DNA from: Octopus bimaculoides | Lineage: Eukaryota | DNA: 64,000 nucleotides | Reading direction: 5' to 3' | NCBI RefSeq assembly: GCF_001194135.2 | Contig: NC_068985.1 | Location: 124,057,099-124,121,098, forward strand | Shown here: positions 40,998 to 53,423 of the stretch, in pieces | How the letters are laid out: every line of letters starts with the position of its first letter | Position numbering within the stretch: the stretch's first letter is position 1 | Made by a program: the position numbers and the translations under genes | The notes under the pieces: model-generated | What the model saw: only the letters and a program-made list of their open reading frames with translations | What the model was told of the DNA's origin: nothing | Database searches by the model: none

Positions 40998-41165
40998 TGT
41001 ATTCTTGTTTGTCCTCCACCACTGTTCAGTTAGCGGTTCGGCAAAAGAGATACCACAGAATAAGTCCTAGGCTCAAAAATAAGTTTTAGTGTCAATTCGT
41101 TCGCCTAAACCCTTCGAACTGGTGTACGAGAATGGCCACAGTCCAATAAATGAAAATCTAAAAGA
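40680..41165 (+). mobile_element. Diverged SINE family A with an expanded internal (TATG)n(TG)n
   Basis: GGCTGCGTGGTAA, CCCAACCAC, CGGGCCAAC.AAAGC, GAGACTGAAAGAA, TTAGCGGTTCGGCAAAAGAGA, AGAATAAGT.CTAGGC. Confidence 0.8.
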
Positions 41166-41304
41166 TGACAACCGATACATTTTTGATGTACAAAATGTTT
41201 TCCATTCTAGAAATTAAAATTATATAAGAAATTATATGAATACTTCATTATAATATGTAATAATCACCATACATTTTCGTGTAAGTGTGCATGTATAAGT
41301 GTGC

Positions 41305-41625
41305 ATTCGCGCCGGAAGCTCCAATACGGATATTTCAGAGTGTTTGGGTGGTGTCAATCTGAGGACAGTGCAATCTGAGGACAGTGCAATCTGAGGACAT
41401 GTACCGAGAGTGATGAAAATCAAACATCTAGTCAACATCATGGTGTTTGGAGTGATCACTAGTGACGGGGACGTTATGGCTCCATTCATCTTTCCACACG
41501 GCCTCACACTCAACAAGGAGGCCTACATCAAGTGCCTGGAGGAAATATTGCAGCCTTGGATGAAGAGGGCAGCTACTCGAAGACCCCATGTCTGGCAACA
41601 GGACTTTGCGCCATTTCTGCGACTA
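41305..41625 (+). mobile_element. Internally deleted maT/DD37D-like transposase fragment
   Basis: IRAGSSNTDISECLG.VNLRTVQ (HTH start) joined to VMKIKHLVNIMVFGVITSDGDVMAPFIFPHGLTLNKEAYIKCLEEILQPWM...VWQQDFAP (second catalytic D, QQDxAP). Confidence 0.85.
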
Positions 41626-42004
41626 CATCACCCCTAGCATCTAGTCACCTGACTCCCCAGACTGCAAACCCCTTGATTATTATGTTAGTATTGTTTTCAT
41701 TTTTGCGTAATATAGATGACAATATATTCACTGCACCCTACATATATCACACTATGGGACAATAGTAAAACATACTTTAGCAGCCCAATACAGAAATAAC
41801 TAGATGTGGTGTTTAAGGCTTGACAGTCCAGCTTAGTCGACTGATACGAGCAAATGTGTCACCACCGCCAGTCAGCTTTGCTGATAATGTTGCCGTCTAT
41901 AGGCTGAAGTTTAGCATAGGGAAACAGTTTCAGCATAGGGAAACAGTTTCCCATGAGGGTAGTAAGCTACGAAATTCGTTCATTCTCTCAATTACCTGTC
42001 ATTA

Positions 42005-42900
42005 AGACCACCTGATGATCCCATAATCCTATAATAATATAAGATAATGTAATATAATGAAATGATAGAAGAGTTCAATATCCTCCTGAACAGCCTACGT
42101 CTATCTCTCCCATTTATGAAGGAGGAGATTAGTACCAAATTACCATTCCTAGATATAATGGTAATTAAAAAGGATACCACCATTACCACAGATATATACT
42201 ACAAACACACAGACACACATCAATATTTGAATTTTAAGTCGTGCCATCCACCACATTCAAAACGCAACACCCCATGTTGCGTAGCCAGAAGAATGTGTAC
42301 CATTGTAGAACAGCTGAGAACAATCTAAAAAAGTGGAGAACAGGAACAACTCATACCATTTATAGTGATGCACAACCCATGTCATCAGAATATTTTCAAT
42401 ATTGCCAAAGCAAATCTACTAATTATTGCTCAAAGTAATGAATTAAAAGATATAATCACAGATCGAGCTATAGTTCTTAGTAAAAGACAGCTTAAAAACA
42501 TGAGAAAATAATTAACAAAAGCAAAGATAGCCGATGTGGCACATGCTAATTCATACATACTGGCCAATATATGAGCACAAAAACCGGAAAAATATTCACC
42601 AACGCAAATATGAGCTGCAAAAGCTGAAATTTAATTTACTGCATCGAATGTCCAAATTGTGAAGAACTATATTTAGGTCAGACTGGAAATGCACTATCAG
42701 ATCGTTCACGTATGCACGGACAGCAAATTAGAGACCCAGATGTCCGTCAGATACCTTTTAGTAACCATCTTGCAACATGCGGTCGGAAAATATTTACAAT
42801 ATTTCCATTCTACAAACTACACAGTCCAAGTAAAATTCAAAGAAAAATCAGAGGAAAGAAATTAATTAATAAATTCCAACACAAGCTAAATAAACAATAA
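42005..42900 (+). mobile_element. Penelope-like element: RT C-terminus plus GIY-YIG endonuclease
   Basis: KLPFLDIMVIKK..TDIYYKHTDTHQYLNFKSCHPPHSKRN; CKS*NLIYCIECPNCEELYLGQTGNALSDRSRMHGQQIR. A possible upstream APTY..MG motif lies near 41732. Confidence 0.9.
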
Positions 42901-42965
42901 TACTAATAATTACAGGTACTATTTCTACAACTACGATCACTACCACTAACAGCAACATCAATACT

Positions 42966-43076
42966 AAAGGCGCGGCGTGGTTGTGTGGTAAGAAGCTTGC
43001 TTCCCAACCACATGGTTCCGGGTACAGTCCCACTTCATGGTAACTTGGGCAAATGCCTCGGGCTGACCACAGCCTT
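42966..43076 (+). mobile_element. SINE family A head, cut by a gap
   Basis: AAGGCGCGGCGTGGTTGTGTGGTAAGAAGC..GGTTCCGGGTACAGTCCCAC. Confidence 0.85.
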
Positions 43077-43541
43077 NNNNNNNNNNNNNNNNNNNNNNNN
43101 NNNNNNNNNNNNNNNNNNNNNNNNNNNNNNNNNNNNNNNNNNNNNNNNNNNNNNNNNNNNNNNNNNNNNNNNNNNNNNNNNNNNNNNNNNNNNNNNNNNN
43201 NNNNNNNNNNNNNNNNNNNNNNNNNNNNNNNNNNNNNNNNNNNNNNNNNNNNNNNNNNNNNNNNNNNNNNNNNNNNNNNNNNNNNNNNNNNNNNNNNNNN
43301 NNNNNNNNNNNNNNNNNNNNNNNNNNNNNNNNNNNNNNNNNNNNNNNNNNNNNNNNNNNNNNNNNNNNNNNNNNNNNNNNNNNNNNNNNNNNNNNNNNNN
43401 NNNNNNNNNNNNNNNNNNNNNNNNNNNNNNNNNNNNNNNNNNNNNNNNNNNNNNNNNNNNNNNNNNNNNNNNNNNNNNNNNNNNNNNNNNNNNNNNNNNN
43501 NNNNNNNNNNNNNNNNNNNNNNNNNNNNNNNNNNNNNNNNN

Positions 43542-43579
<38 letters not shown>

Positions 43580-44249
43580 GCAAGCGTACGCGCGCAAATA
43601 TAGATTCATTCATAAACTCACTCGCAGAAACATCCCAACACACACACACATACCACCCACATAAAATAGGTAAACCCATTAGAAGCTTGTCTTGTAAATA
43701 CAAGTAAATAGGAGACATTCAACTTGATTAATCACTCCAGCTACAGTTGTGTTTAGCTGAGCTATCAACTGGCAACCTGATGCTAAGAATGTAAGGTTGC
43801 ACGTTTAATTGCATGCTTTTACAGGGAAGAGGACACTACTTATACATTAATCACTTCACAAACACCAACAAACCTTCGCCTAGAAGAGAAGGAAAGGTAA
43901 TGATACAAGAAAAGATATCTGTATGTACATATGTGATTTGATTACTGACATACGCACACATACATACCATGTGTACACACGAATATATCCGCATATAATT
44001 ATCACAATATGTCTATATCAATGTGGCTGTATACACACACATACACCCCCCCCACACACACACACACATACACCCCCCCACACACATACACACATGTATG
44101 TTTGTATATGTGTACGTGTATGCATATGTACAGAATGTTTAGAAAGATATTCCCCTCATTAACTCAATCCCTTTTTAATTTATTATATACGCAAGTTCAT
44201 ATGTATATAAGTGTGTGTGTATGGGTATATATATATATATATATATATA

Positions 44250-44395
44250 TCAGTCCCCATCACCATCGCTTGATAACCGATGTTGGTGTGTTCATGTCAC
44301 CGTAACTAAGCGGTTCGGCAAAACAGACCGATAGAATAAGTACTGGGGTCGATATGTTCGACTAAAGGCGAAACAAGGAAAAGAATAAAAGACAG
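44250..44395 (+). mobile_element. SINE family A 3' portion
   Basis: CATCGCTTGATAACCGATGTTGGTGTGTT..GCGGTTCGGCAAAA..GACCGATAGAATAAGTACT..AAAAGAATAAAAG. Confidence 0.82.
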
Positions 44396-46429
44396 AACAT
44401 ATATNNNNNNNNNNNNNNNNNNNNNNNNNNNNNNNNNNNNNNNNNNNNNNNNNNNNNNNNNNNNNNNNNNNNNNNNNNNNNNNNNNNNNNNNNNNNNNNN
44501 NNNNNNNNNNNNNNNNNNNNNNNNNNNNNNNNNNNNNNNNNNNNNNNNNNNNNNNNNNNNNNNNNNNNNNNNNNNNNNNNNNNNNNNNNNNNNNNNNNNN
44601 NNNNNNNNNNNNNNNNNNNNNNNNNNNNNNNNNNNNNNNNNNNNNNNNNNNNNNNNNNNNNNNNNNNNNNNNNNNNNNNNNNNNNNNNNNNNNNNNNNNN
44701 NNNNNNNNNNNNNNNNNNNNNNNNNNNNNNNNNNNNNNNNNNNNNNNNNNNNNNNNNNNNNNNNNNNNNNNNNNNNNNNNNNNNNNNNNNNNNNNNNNNN
44801 NNNNNNNNNNNNNNNNNNNNNNNNNNNNNNNNNNNNNNNNNNNNNNNNNNNNNNNNNNNNNNNNNNNNNNNNNNNNNNNNNNNNNNNNNNNNNNNATATA
44901 TATATATATATATATAAGCATATATATATATCCAAGTTTATATATATGTTTAAATATATATATGTATGTATGTATATATGCTTAAGTACAAGCATACACG
45001 CTCGCCCACACTCATACACATTTCTATGTATACTCATATATATGCACTTATGCGTCTTTATATAACTATAACGATACGCAACTTTATATATGATTGTATA
45101 TACACACAAACGCGCATGCATGCATGCACACGCTGGCGCATGTGCGCGCGCTCACACATACACAGGGACATTCGGACCGACAGACTCTGAGACACGGAGA
45201 CATGACAATTATCTCCTGAAGTCTGTCATTCAGATCCATAAAAACTAGTTCAAAGATGCTGAATTCCTGTGAAAAGAACCCTGTCTCTCTTTGAATTTCC
45301 CCCTTGTCCCGCTTATCGGAGAATCAAGTGTGTATCCTTATTCATGACAAGGAATAATTGATGTTCAAATGTCACGGTTATACACCAATGGATACACGGC
45401 AAGATAGCTGCTGTTTCATTTTATATGGAACAAAGAAATGCGTTGCATGTTACCTAGTGATTCAAAATGTTGATTGGACCAAACTTTCATAGAAGAAAGA
45501 TCAAGATAACCATTTCCACACGAGGATACCATCAACTTGGGTAAATTTGCGTCCACGATAATGATGATGATGATGATGATGATGATGACGACGACGATGA
45601 TGACGACGACAACGACGATGATGATGTTGATGATGGTGATGATGGTGGTGGGGGTAAGTGCTAAAGGAATAATCGAACTACATGGTTTTAATGGTGCTGC
45701 ATTTTTTAGCAGCAGGTCTACTTACATTGCAAAAATAATAATATAATTCAAGGTATCCCAGCCGTGTTTAGTATCTATTCAGTCTTTCTTTTTCAATCTT
45801 TATATATTTAAGAATTTAGCATCAAATACGTTCTTCCTTTTTGGCAAGACAATTGAAAGCGATTTGCGAAAGATATTGAGACCGTGTACTGTCTCGTTGT
45901 TCTCTTGGAGTAGCTATGTTGACAGTTCATGGATAGAAGTACTATAGACTCCGGAAATGAAACACAGACTTCATTCGCTATTAATTGTTTCAAATCGTAG
46001 GAAAAAGAAGAAATAACTATAGTTTGGATATCTAACTGCTTCATTGACATAATTTACATTCGCGATGTTCTCATCCTATTCTAACAACAGAGAGTAAAAA
46101 AAAAAGGAAATTGCTTTTATAATTGAGTCTTATGGTTTACCGTTCTTAATTAAAGTAGGTTGCCCTGTGGAAGTATGGTAAAGGCCAATCTACCTTGTTT
46201 TCCTTTTTGGTATTCTGTGGCCTTAAGAGTTTCACTTGGAAACAGCAAGTGGTATATTGCAAACTATGTCAGCAATATAAAATACTGACTTAAAAGAGAT
46301 AGCACAAATATACATACACTGTAAAATCTAATAACGAGGGGATTATCCTCTGGGGTGTGCTTAATTCATACAGTGAAAGATAATAAGGTAAATCGTGTAT
46401 ATGTTATTGTCAAAAAATTATTCAGAAAA

Positions 46430-46940
46430 GAAATATCTCCTCATCGAAGTAACAGTTCTAATGAATAACAATATATTTCCAAAAGAAATTGAGAAACTAA
46501 TGAAATACAAAGATCTGGAAATAGATGCAAACAGAATGTAACAATGGAAAGACAGAAATTTGCAGACGAATAGTTAACCAAAACCAGGGTATTTACATAC
46601 ATACTAAATATATAGAAAAATAGAACTTTTAAGGACTGCACATATATTGCTTCAATATAATAGAACAGTACCCAAAAAAGTGTCTGTTTGGAAGACACTT
46701 ACAGCTGAAATCAAACAGTAAAAGAATGAGAAGTAATAGGAATAAAAGGTGTTACAAAAGCCAACCACAAAATAGCAGATGTTAATCGCTATAAAAATTC
46801 CCAGACACGCCAATGTTTTATTTAGGGCATTAGATAAAACATCCAAGCAGCAGATCAAATGGCTGAGATACATCAGAATTGAGATTCAGATAGTGGAGCC
46901 GGCAGAAAACTACCATTTTGAATTTCGCAAGAATCATTCA
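46430..46940 (+). mobile_element. One or two adjacent R4/Dong-type RLE 3' fragments
   Basis: LIEVTVLMNNNIFPKEIEKLMKYKDLEIDANRM (D..EK..KY.DL RLE tail) and LRTAHIL; a second, weaker VWKTL...VIGIKG...IEIQIVE segment follows. Confidence 0.65.
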
Positions 46941-47263
46941 AATTGTCCTTGAAAAATAAAGATAAAGGACAGTTGGGGTCACTTCTCATAAGATTGTTTC
47001 ATTTTCATAAGAAGGTAACGAATTAGCTGCATGATTAACAGAGAACATATCCTATGGAGTACACTTGCTGTACAGTTCACACAACACATTCTAAATATAA
47101 TCTTCACCCAATAAAATAATAATGTATATCCATTGATCGGTACTCGACGCAATAACACTACCTATACATCACTAACGACTCAAAAATCCTACACAAACCT
47201 CATAATCTATACAAACACCACTGACTAATATAACGCAACCTATACATCACATTCTCTTCAGTG

Positions 47264-47572
47264 CTGAGTATGTACTATATGTACTATATATACTGAGTAT
47301 ATATACTGAGTATGTACTATATATACTGAGTATATATACTGAGTATGTACTATATATACTGAGTATATATACTGAGTATGTACTATATATACTGAGTATA
47401 TATACTGAGTATGTACTATATATACTGAGTATATATACTGAGTATGTACTATATATACTGAGTATATATACTGAGTATGTACTATATATACTGAGTATAT
47501 ATACTGAGTATGTACTATATATACTGAGTATATATACTGAGTATATATACTGAGTATGTACTATATATACTG
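47264..47572. repeat. 33-bp minisatellite, about 9 copies, with a 13+20 bp sub-structure
   Basis: ACTGAGTATATAT (13) alternates with ACTGAGTATGTACTATATAT (20); one extra 13-mer near 47535. Confidence 0.95.
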
Positions 47573-48323
47573 CCTTGTGCTAAAATTTGAAAGGAAATTT
47601 GGAATTTATTCCACTGTGGATTGTCATGAAGTCAAATTCCGACAAAGTCAAGTTTGCATTTCGTTTTGGAGAAAATAAAGTACCAGTCAAGCAATAGGTT
47701 CGATTTAATCCACTTCCCCCACCTTCTCCAAATTATGGTTATTGTTGCCAATGTTAGAAACAATTATGAATCTCTGTCTTGGTGATGAGCCTATTTCAGA
47801 AATCATTGTTAGAAATCTCACAGAAACTTTTCACTCTGACTCACTCCCTCACCTACCAGTTTTCGGTATATCAGAATTGGTTTGTCTGCGTCTACATAAG
47901 AAATCATTAATAGACATTACTGAACGAAATACTCCAGAATCTTTCCAAAATTTCTCATCAGCACTATTTTGCTAACTTACTTAATTACTTATATACTTAG
48001 TAGACAAGCCAAATAAAGTATTTTTGAAGGCAGAGAAGTGGTGGGTAATGCTCAAACAAACGGTCAATAGACAATTCTAATGATTTATAAACCGTTTCAA
48101 GATAGGAATCCTCATCAAATTAATTTTACCTTACCACACCACGTAACCCAATGCATCGTCGTACCCTACCATGCCCCACCCAACATCAGCATTTCACGCC
48201 ATGTACATACTTCATACCCCAGAATCATAGAATCTAATACTCTGAGATCATTATCGACCGGTGTCAGTTCATGCTTTCACAGACAACTATGTCGAAGATG
48301 GCAACACCAACACCAACAACACC

Positions 48324-48355
<32 letters not shown>

Positions 48356-48584
48356 CAATATCAATAACAACTGCAACAACTATGCTATCGGAATTTTATA
48401 ATGATTAAGTATCTACTGTTCTCTCTTGAATCTTCCGTTCAGAAAACTCGGATTAGTGTTAATACCAATATAGGTTGAAATATAGAGTTTTTATCTATTT
48501 GTCCATCTTTACGTATTCCTCATCTTTCATTCTTTCTCAAACTTCCTCACAATATACACGTTCATCTTATTTACATACACAGAT

Positions 48585-48654
<70 letters not shown>

Positions 48655-49014
48655 NNNNNNNNNNNNNNNNNNNNNNNNNNNNNNNNNNNNNNNNNNNNNN
48701 NNNNNNNNNNNNNNNNNNNNNNNNNNNNNNNNNNNNNNNNNNNNNNNNNNNNNNNNNNNNNNNNNNNNNNNNNNNNNNNNNNNNNNNNNNNNNNNNNNNN
48801 NNNNNNNNNNNNNNNNNNNNNNNNNNNNNNNNNNNNNNNNNNNNNNNNNNNATATATATATATATATATATAATAATATATATATATATATATGCATGCA
48901 TATATACATACATATATACATACATACATATAAGTCTATATACATAGATAGATAGATAGATAGATAATAATAATTATAATAATAATAAAAGCAACAACAG
49001 CAACAACAAAATAA

Positions 49015-49458
49015 TGGTTTCAAATTTTAGTACAAGTCAAGCAATATAGGGAAGAGGTAAGACGATTACATCGACTCCAGTATACAACTGCTACTTATAT
49101 TATCGAATTATCGACTTCGAACGGACGAAAGGCAATGTAGACCTTGGCGGAACTCAGAACGTTAAAACGGACAAAATGGTGCTGAGAATTTTGTCCAGCG
49201 CATAACGATTCTGCTCGTTCGCAGACTGAGCGGTTATAATGATAATAATCATTTTTACTATAGGCACAAGGCCTGAAATTTTGGAGTTGGGTCTAGTCGA
49301 TTACATCGACCTCAACGCTCAACTCGTACTTATTTCAACGACCCTCAAGGGTTGAAAGGCAAAGTTGACCTCAGCGGAATTTGAACTCAGAACAAAAATA
49401 GGGGTGAAATGTCACTGAGCATCTTTTGCGGCATGCTAATCATTCTGCCAACTCGCTG

Positions 49459-49462
<4 letters not shown>
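49015..49462 (-). mobile_element. Two tandem SINE family B copies (about 49015-49230 and 49255-49462)
   Basis: Reverse complements read GGCAGCGAGTTGGCAGAATGATTAGCATGCC..TGAGTTCAAATTCCGCTGAGGTCAACTTTGCCTTTC and a more diverged equivalent. Confidence 0.85.
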
Positions 49463-49557
<95 letters not shown>

Positions 49558-49560
49558 TAA

Positions 49561-49641
49561 ACTTCTAACTTGTTGTCTCTTGAGGTCTCTGGGTGAGACT
49601 TGGATCCAACTTGTACAAATGCACAGCAAAAGTCAAACATA
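49561..49641 (+). mobile_element. 81-bp unique stub between two (AAT)n tracts; probable extreme 3' end of a TAA-associated LINE
   Basis: TGTCTCTTGAGGTCTCTGGGTGAGACTTGGATCCAACTTGTACAAATGCACAGCAAAAGTCAAACAT with (AAT)n on both sides; the assignment is inferred from context. Confidence 0.45.
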
Positions 49642-49642
49642 T

Positions 49643-49695
<53 letters not shown>

Positions 49696-50420
49696 GTGTA
49701 GGACCAAGCTTTGGCTACGAACTGGAGGGTCAATCTTAGAAATGAGCAAGTGTCTCCGCAGTGCCGCATCTTTAACAGAGTGGATGAAACCATTGCCCAT
49801 ATCACGAACAAATGCTCTAGATTTGCCCAAACCACTACAGCTTGTGGCGATACAACACGGTAGCGAAAGTGCTACACTGGAAACTGCGCGAAAAGTGAGG
49901 GTTAGAGAGAGACAAGATGTGGTATGAGCACAAACTGCAGAGCGTGGCAGAGTCGGAATGTAGCAAAATCCACTGGGATTTCCCAATGCAAACAGATCAG
50001 GTGCTAGAGCATAAGACACCGGATCTAGTGGTGGTGGACAAGGTGCACAACATCTGCTATATTGTTGATGTTGCATGCCCCTTTGACCCACGAGTGTAAA
50101 CGAAAAGATAGATACAACCCTCTTAATTACGAAATAGCCCGGCTATGGAAAATGAAGAAGGGGAAGATAGTGCCAATTATTGTTGGGTCCTTGGGAACAG
50201 TATCAGAAGGCTTCAAGTGGAATGTAAAGGAAATTGGAATCGAGGGCCCAGAAGAACTGTTACAAAAGATTTGCCTCTTTGGCACGGCCAGAATCAGAAA
50301 AGTATTAGTTAGCTGAAAAGAACGAATTGCATGGTATCGTAGCCTGCATGTAGATAGTAAGCCCGCTAGGCATGCAAGACTCCAGGAGCTCCAACAAAAC
50401 CTGTGATAAAGAGAAAATAA
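49696..50420 (+). mobile_element. 5'-truncated R4/Dong-type element: CCHC finger plus RLE endonuclease
   Basis: DQALATNW..VSPQCRI...DETIAHITNKCS..AQ; WYEHKLQSVAESE..KIHWDFPMQTDQVLEHKTPDLVVVDK...IVDVACPFD; KIVPIIVGSLGTV...LLQKICLFGTARI. Begins directly after (AAT)n. Confidence 0.9.
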
Positions 50421-50705
50421 TTTTTGAAATGATGAAAAAGAGGAGAAGAAGAAAAAGAGGGGGAGGAGATGAGGAGGGGGGTGGGAGGAGAGAGAAGGAG
50501 ATGTAGAGGGAGGAGGAAGAAGAAGTTATAAGTTTAGTTATCGATTTCTACTTAAGATCCCATTTAATATTCAAAGCTTAAAGATTCTGTCAAGTACTGC
50601 AAATGAGAGGATTCTTCAGAATGTTCCTACGGCGAATCATTGAGGAGGTTAGAGAACTATTGTTTGGTGATGCAGGAAGTGATTCATGCAAAGACAAAAG
50701 TCTTA

Positions 50706-50753
<48 letters not shown>

Positions 50754-50888
50754 TTTTCGCGCATGCGTGCGTGCGTGTGTGTATGTGTGTAAAACTACCA
50801 ACATATATATATACATAGATATCATGAGGTAGGTAAAAGGAAATAGGATGAGAGAGAAAGAGAGAGAGAGAGAAAGGGAGAGAGAGAT

Positions 50889-50921
<33 letters not shown>

Positions 50922-51396
50922 TACATAGAGAGAGAGAGAGAGACAGACAGAGAGAGACAGAGAGAGAGAGAGAGAGAAAAGACAATCAAGAAAGAGAAAT
51001 GAACGGAGATACATTGACGGTTAAACATTTCTTAAAATATGTATATTTGCCTGTGAATGTGTACGCATGCATACGTATATATATANNNNNNNNNNNNNNN
51101 NNNNNNNNNNNNNNNNNNNNNNNNNNNNNNNNNNNNNNNNNNNNNNNNNNNNNNNNNNNNNNNNNNNNNNNNNNNNNNNNNNNNNNNNNNNNNNNNNNNN
51201 NNNNNNNNNNNNNNNNNNNNNNNNNNNNNNNNNNNNNNNNNNNNNNNNNNNNNNNNNNNNNNNNNNNNNNNNNNNNNNNNNNNNNNNNNNNNNNNNNNNN
51301 NNNNNNNNNNNNNNNNNNNNNNNNNNNNNNNNNNNNNNNNNNNNNNNNNNNNNNNNNNNNNNNNNNNNNNNNNNNNNNNNNNNNNNNNNNNNNNNN

Positions 51397-51431
<35 letters not shown>

Positions 51432-53423
51432 GTATGTGTGTGTATATATATATAAGGATTTCGTAATGAGATAAAGAACCAAGGCTGTGTATAATATAGA
51501 ACATTTATAAATAGATGTCTTACAGCTGTTTACACGATATTTATTATATCCCTTCATCGGAGACGGTGTGAGAGGATGGTTAAGCAATAGTTAGTTTACA
51601 TAAGAAAGGAAATAGAGAGTGAATGTAGGGATATTGTATTTGTAAATTCATTGTTTAGGTAGAATGGTACACATATAAGATTCCAATACTTTGTGAGTAA
51701 AATCCAATTGTCCTTAAGATTGGTCATTGCATTTGTAAATCCATTATTAAGATTCTAATTCCCTATGAGTAAAATCCAACAGTCTTCGAAATTGGTCATT
51801 CCAAATGCAGAGTTTGTACAATGTGTTATTGAATCAAGGGTTCTGTTTAAAGTGACCTAAAAGCAGGGAATGTAGTAGTAGGGTCAAATCGAAAAACAGG
51901 AAGAGAGGAATAAAGGAAGAGAAAAAAAAAGTGGGGAAAAATAGAATAAAACAGAAGAAGAAAATAATAAAAGGAATAAAGAAAAGAAAGGAAAAAGGAA
52001 TACAAAAATAGAGATAAGAGAAAGTATACTAGAATGGTCAGTGAATATAATAATAAGGTAGGAACGTGAGCATAAGGGTGAAAGAGAGAGAAAGGCATTA
52101 GAGTGCATAAAGATAGAGGGAATGGGGGGTATGGAAACAGAGATATAAAGCTTTAATGAGTGTCAATTGCAGTGATGGAGTCTAAATGATGGGGTAGAGA
52201 AAGGAATTAGGATGGTTGGAGGGGTCAGTAGTATTAGTAGTAGGATAAAAACATGTGTACACATGTATGCATTAGACATGTATATATATACTCTTTACTC
52301 TCTTTTACTCTTTTACTTGTTTCTGTCATTTGACTGTGGCCATNNNNNNNNNNNNNNNNNNNNNNNNNNNNNNNNNNNNNNNNNNNNNNNNNNNNNNNNN
52401 NNNNNNNNNNNNNNNNNNNNNNNNNNNNNNNNNNNNNNNNNNNNNNNNNNNNNNNNNNNNNNNNNNNNNNNNNNNNNNNNNNNNNNNNNNNNNNNNNNNN
52501 NNNNNNNNNNNNNNNNNNNNNNNNNNNNNNNNNNNNNNNNNNNNNNNNNNNNNNNNNNNNNNNNNNNNNNNNNNNNNNNNNNNNNNNNNNNNNNNNNNNN
52601 NNNNNNNNNNNNNNNNNNNNNNNNNNNNNNNNNNNNNNNNNNNNNNNNNNNNNNNNNNNNNNNNNNNNNNNNNNNNNNNNNNNNNNNNNNNNNNNNNNNN
52701 NNNNNNNNNNNNNNNNNNNNNNNNNNNNNNNNNNNNNNNNNNNNNNNNNNNNNNNNNNNNNNNNNNNNNNNNNNNNNNNNNNNNNNNNNNNNNNNNNNNN
52801 NNNNNNNNNNNNNNNNNNNNNNNNNNNNNNNNNNNNNNNNNNNNNNNNNNNNNNNNNNNNNNNNNNNNNNNNNNNNNNNNNNNNNNNNNNNNNNNNNNNN
52901 NNNNNNNNNNNNNNNNNNNNNNNNNNNNNNNNNNNNNNNNNNNNNNNNNNNNNNNNNNNNNNNNNNNNNNNNNNNNNNNNNNNNNNNNNNNNNNNNNNNN
53001 NNNNNNNNNNNNNNNNNNNNNNNNNNNNNNNNNNNNNNNNNNNNNNNNNNNNNNNNNNNNNNNNNNNNNNNNNNNNNNNNNNNNNATACATACATACATA
53101 TATATACATATATATGTATGTATGTATAATCATACATATGTAAACATATATTTGTGTGTATGCACATATCACAGACACAGGTACATGCATGCATACATAT
53201 ACATAAATATATGTAAGTGTTTGTATAAAATTAAATAAATGACAAGGGAATGGTAATTACGTAATCGACTTTATTTGCTTACAGCTGTTTTTCTTATAAG
53301 AATCAGTGCACTCGGATCTGAATGCCTGTGTATTGACTTCTAGCTTACTGAGAGCTTCTAGAATAATGGAATAAGGTGCAGATTTAATGAGGAAAGATAT
53401 ATATATATATATATATATATCTA

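Noticed and set aside
51675-51820. Diverged tandem duplication of about 72 bp (TGAGTAAAATCCAA...ATTGGTCATT)
   Set aside because: Two copies only, with no further structure; ordinary local duplication.
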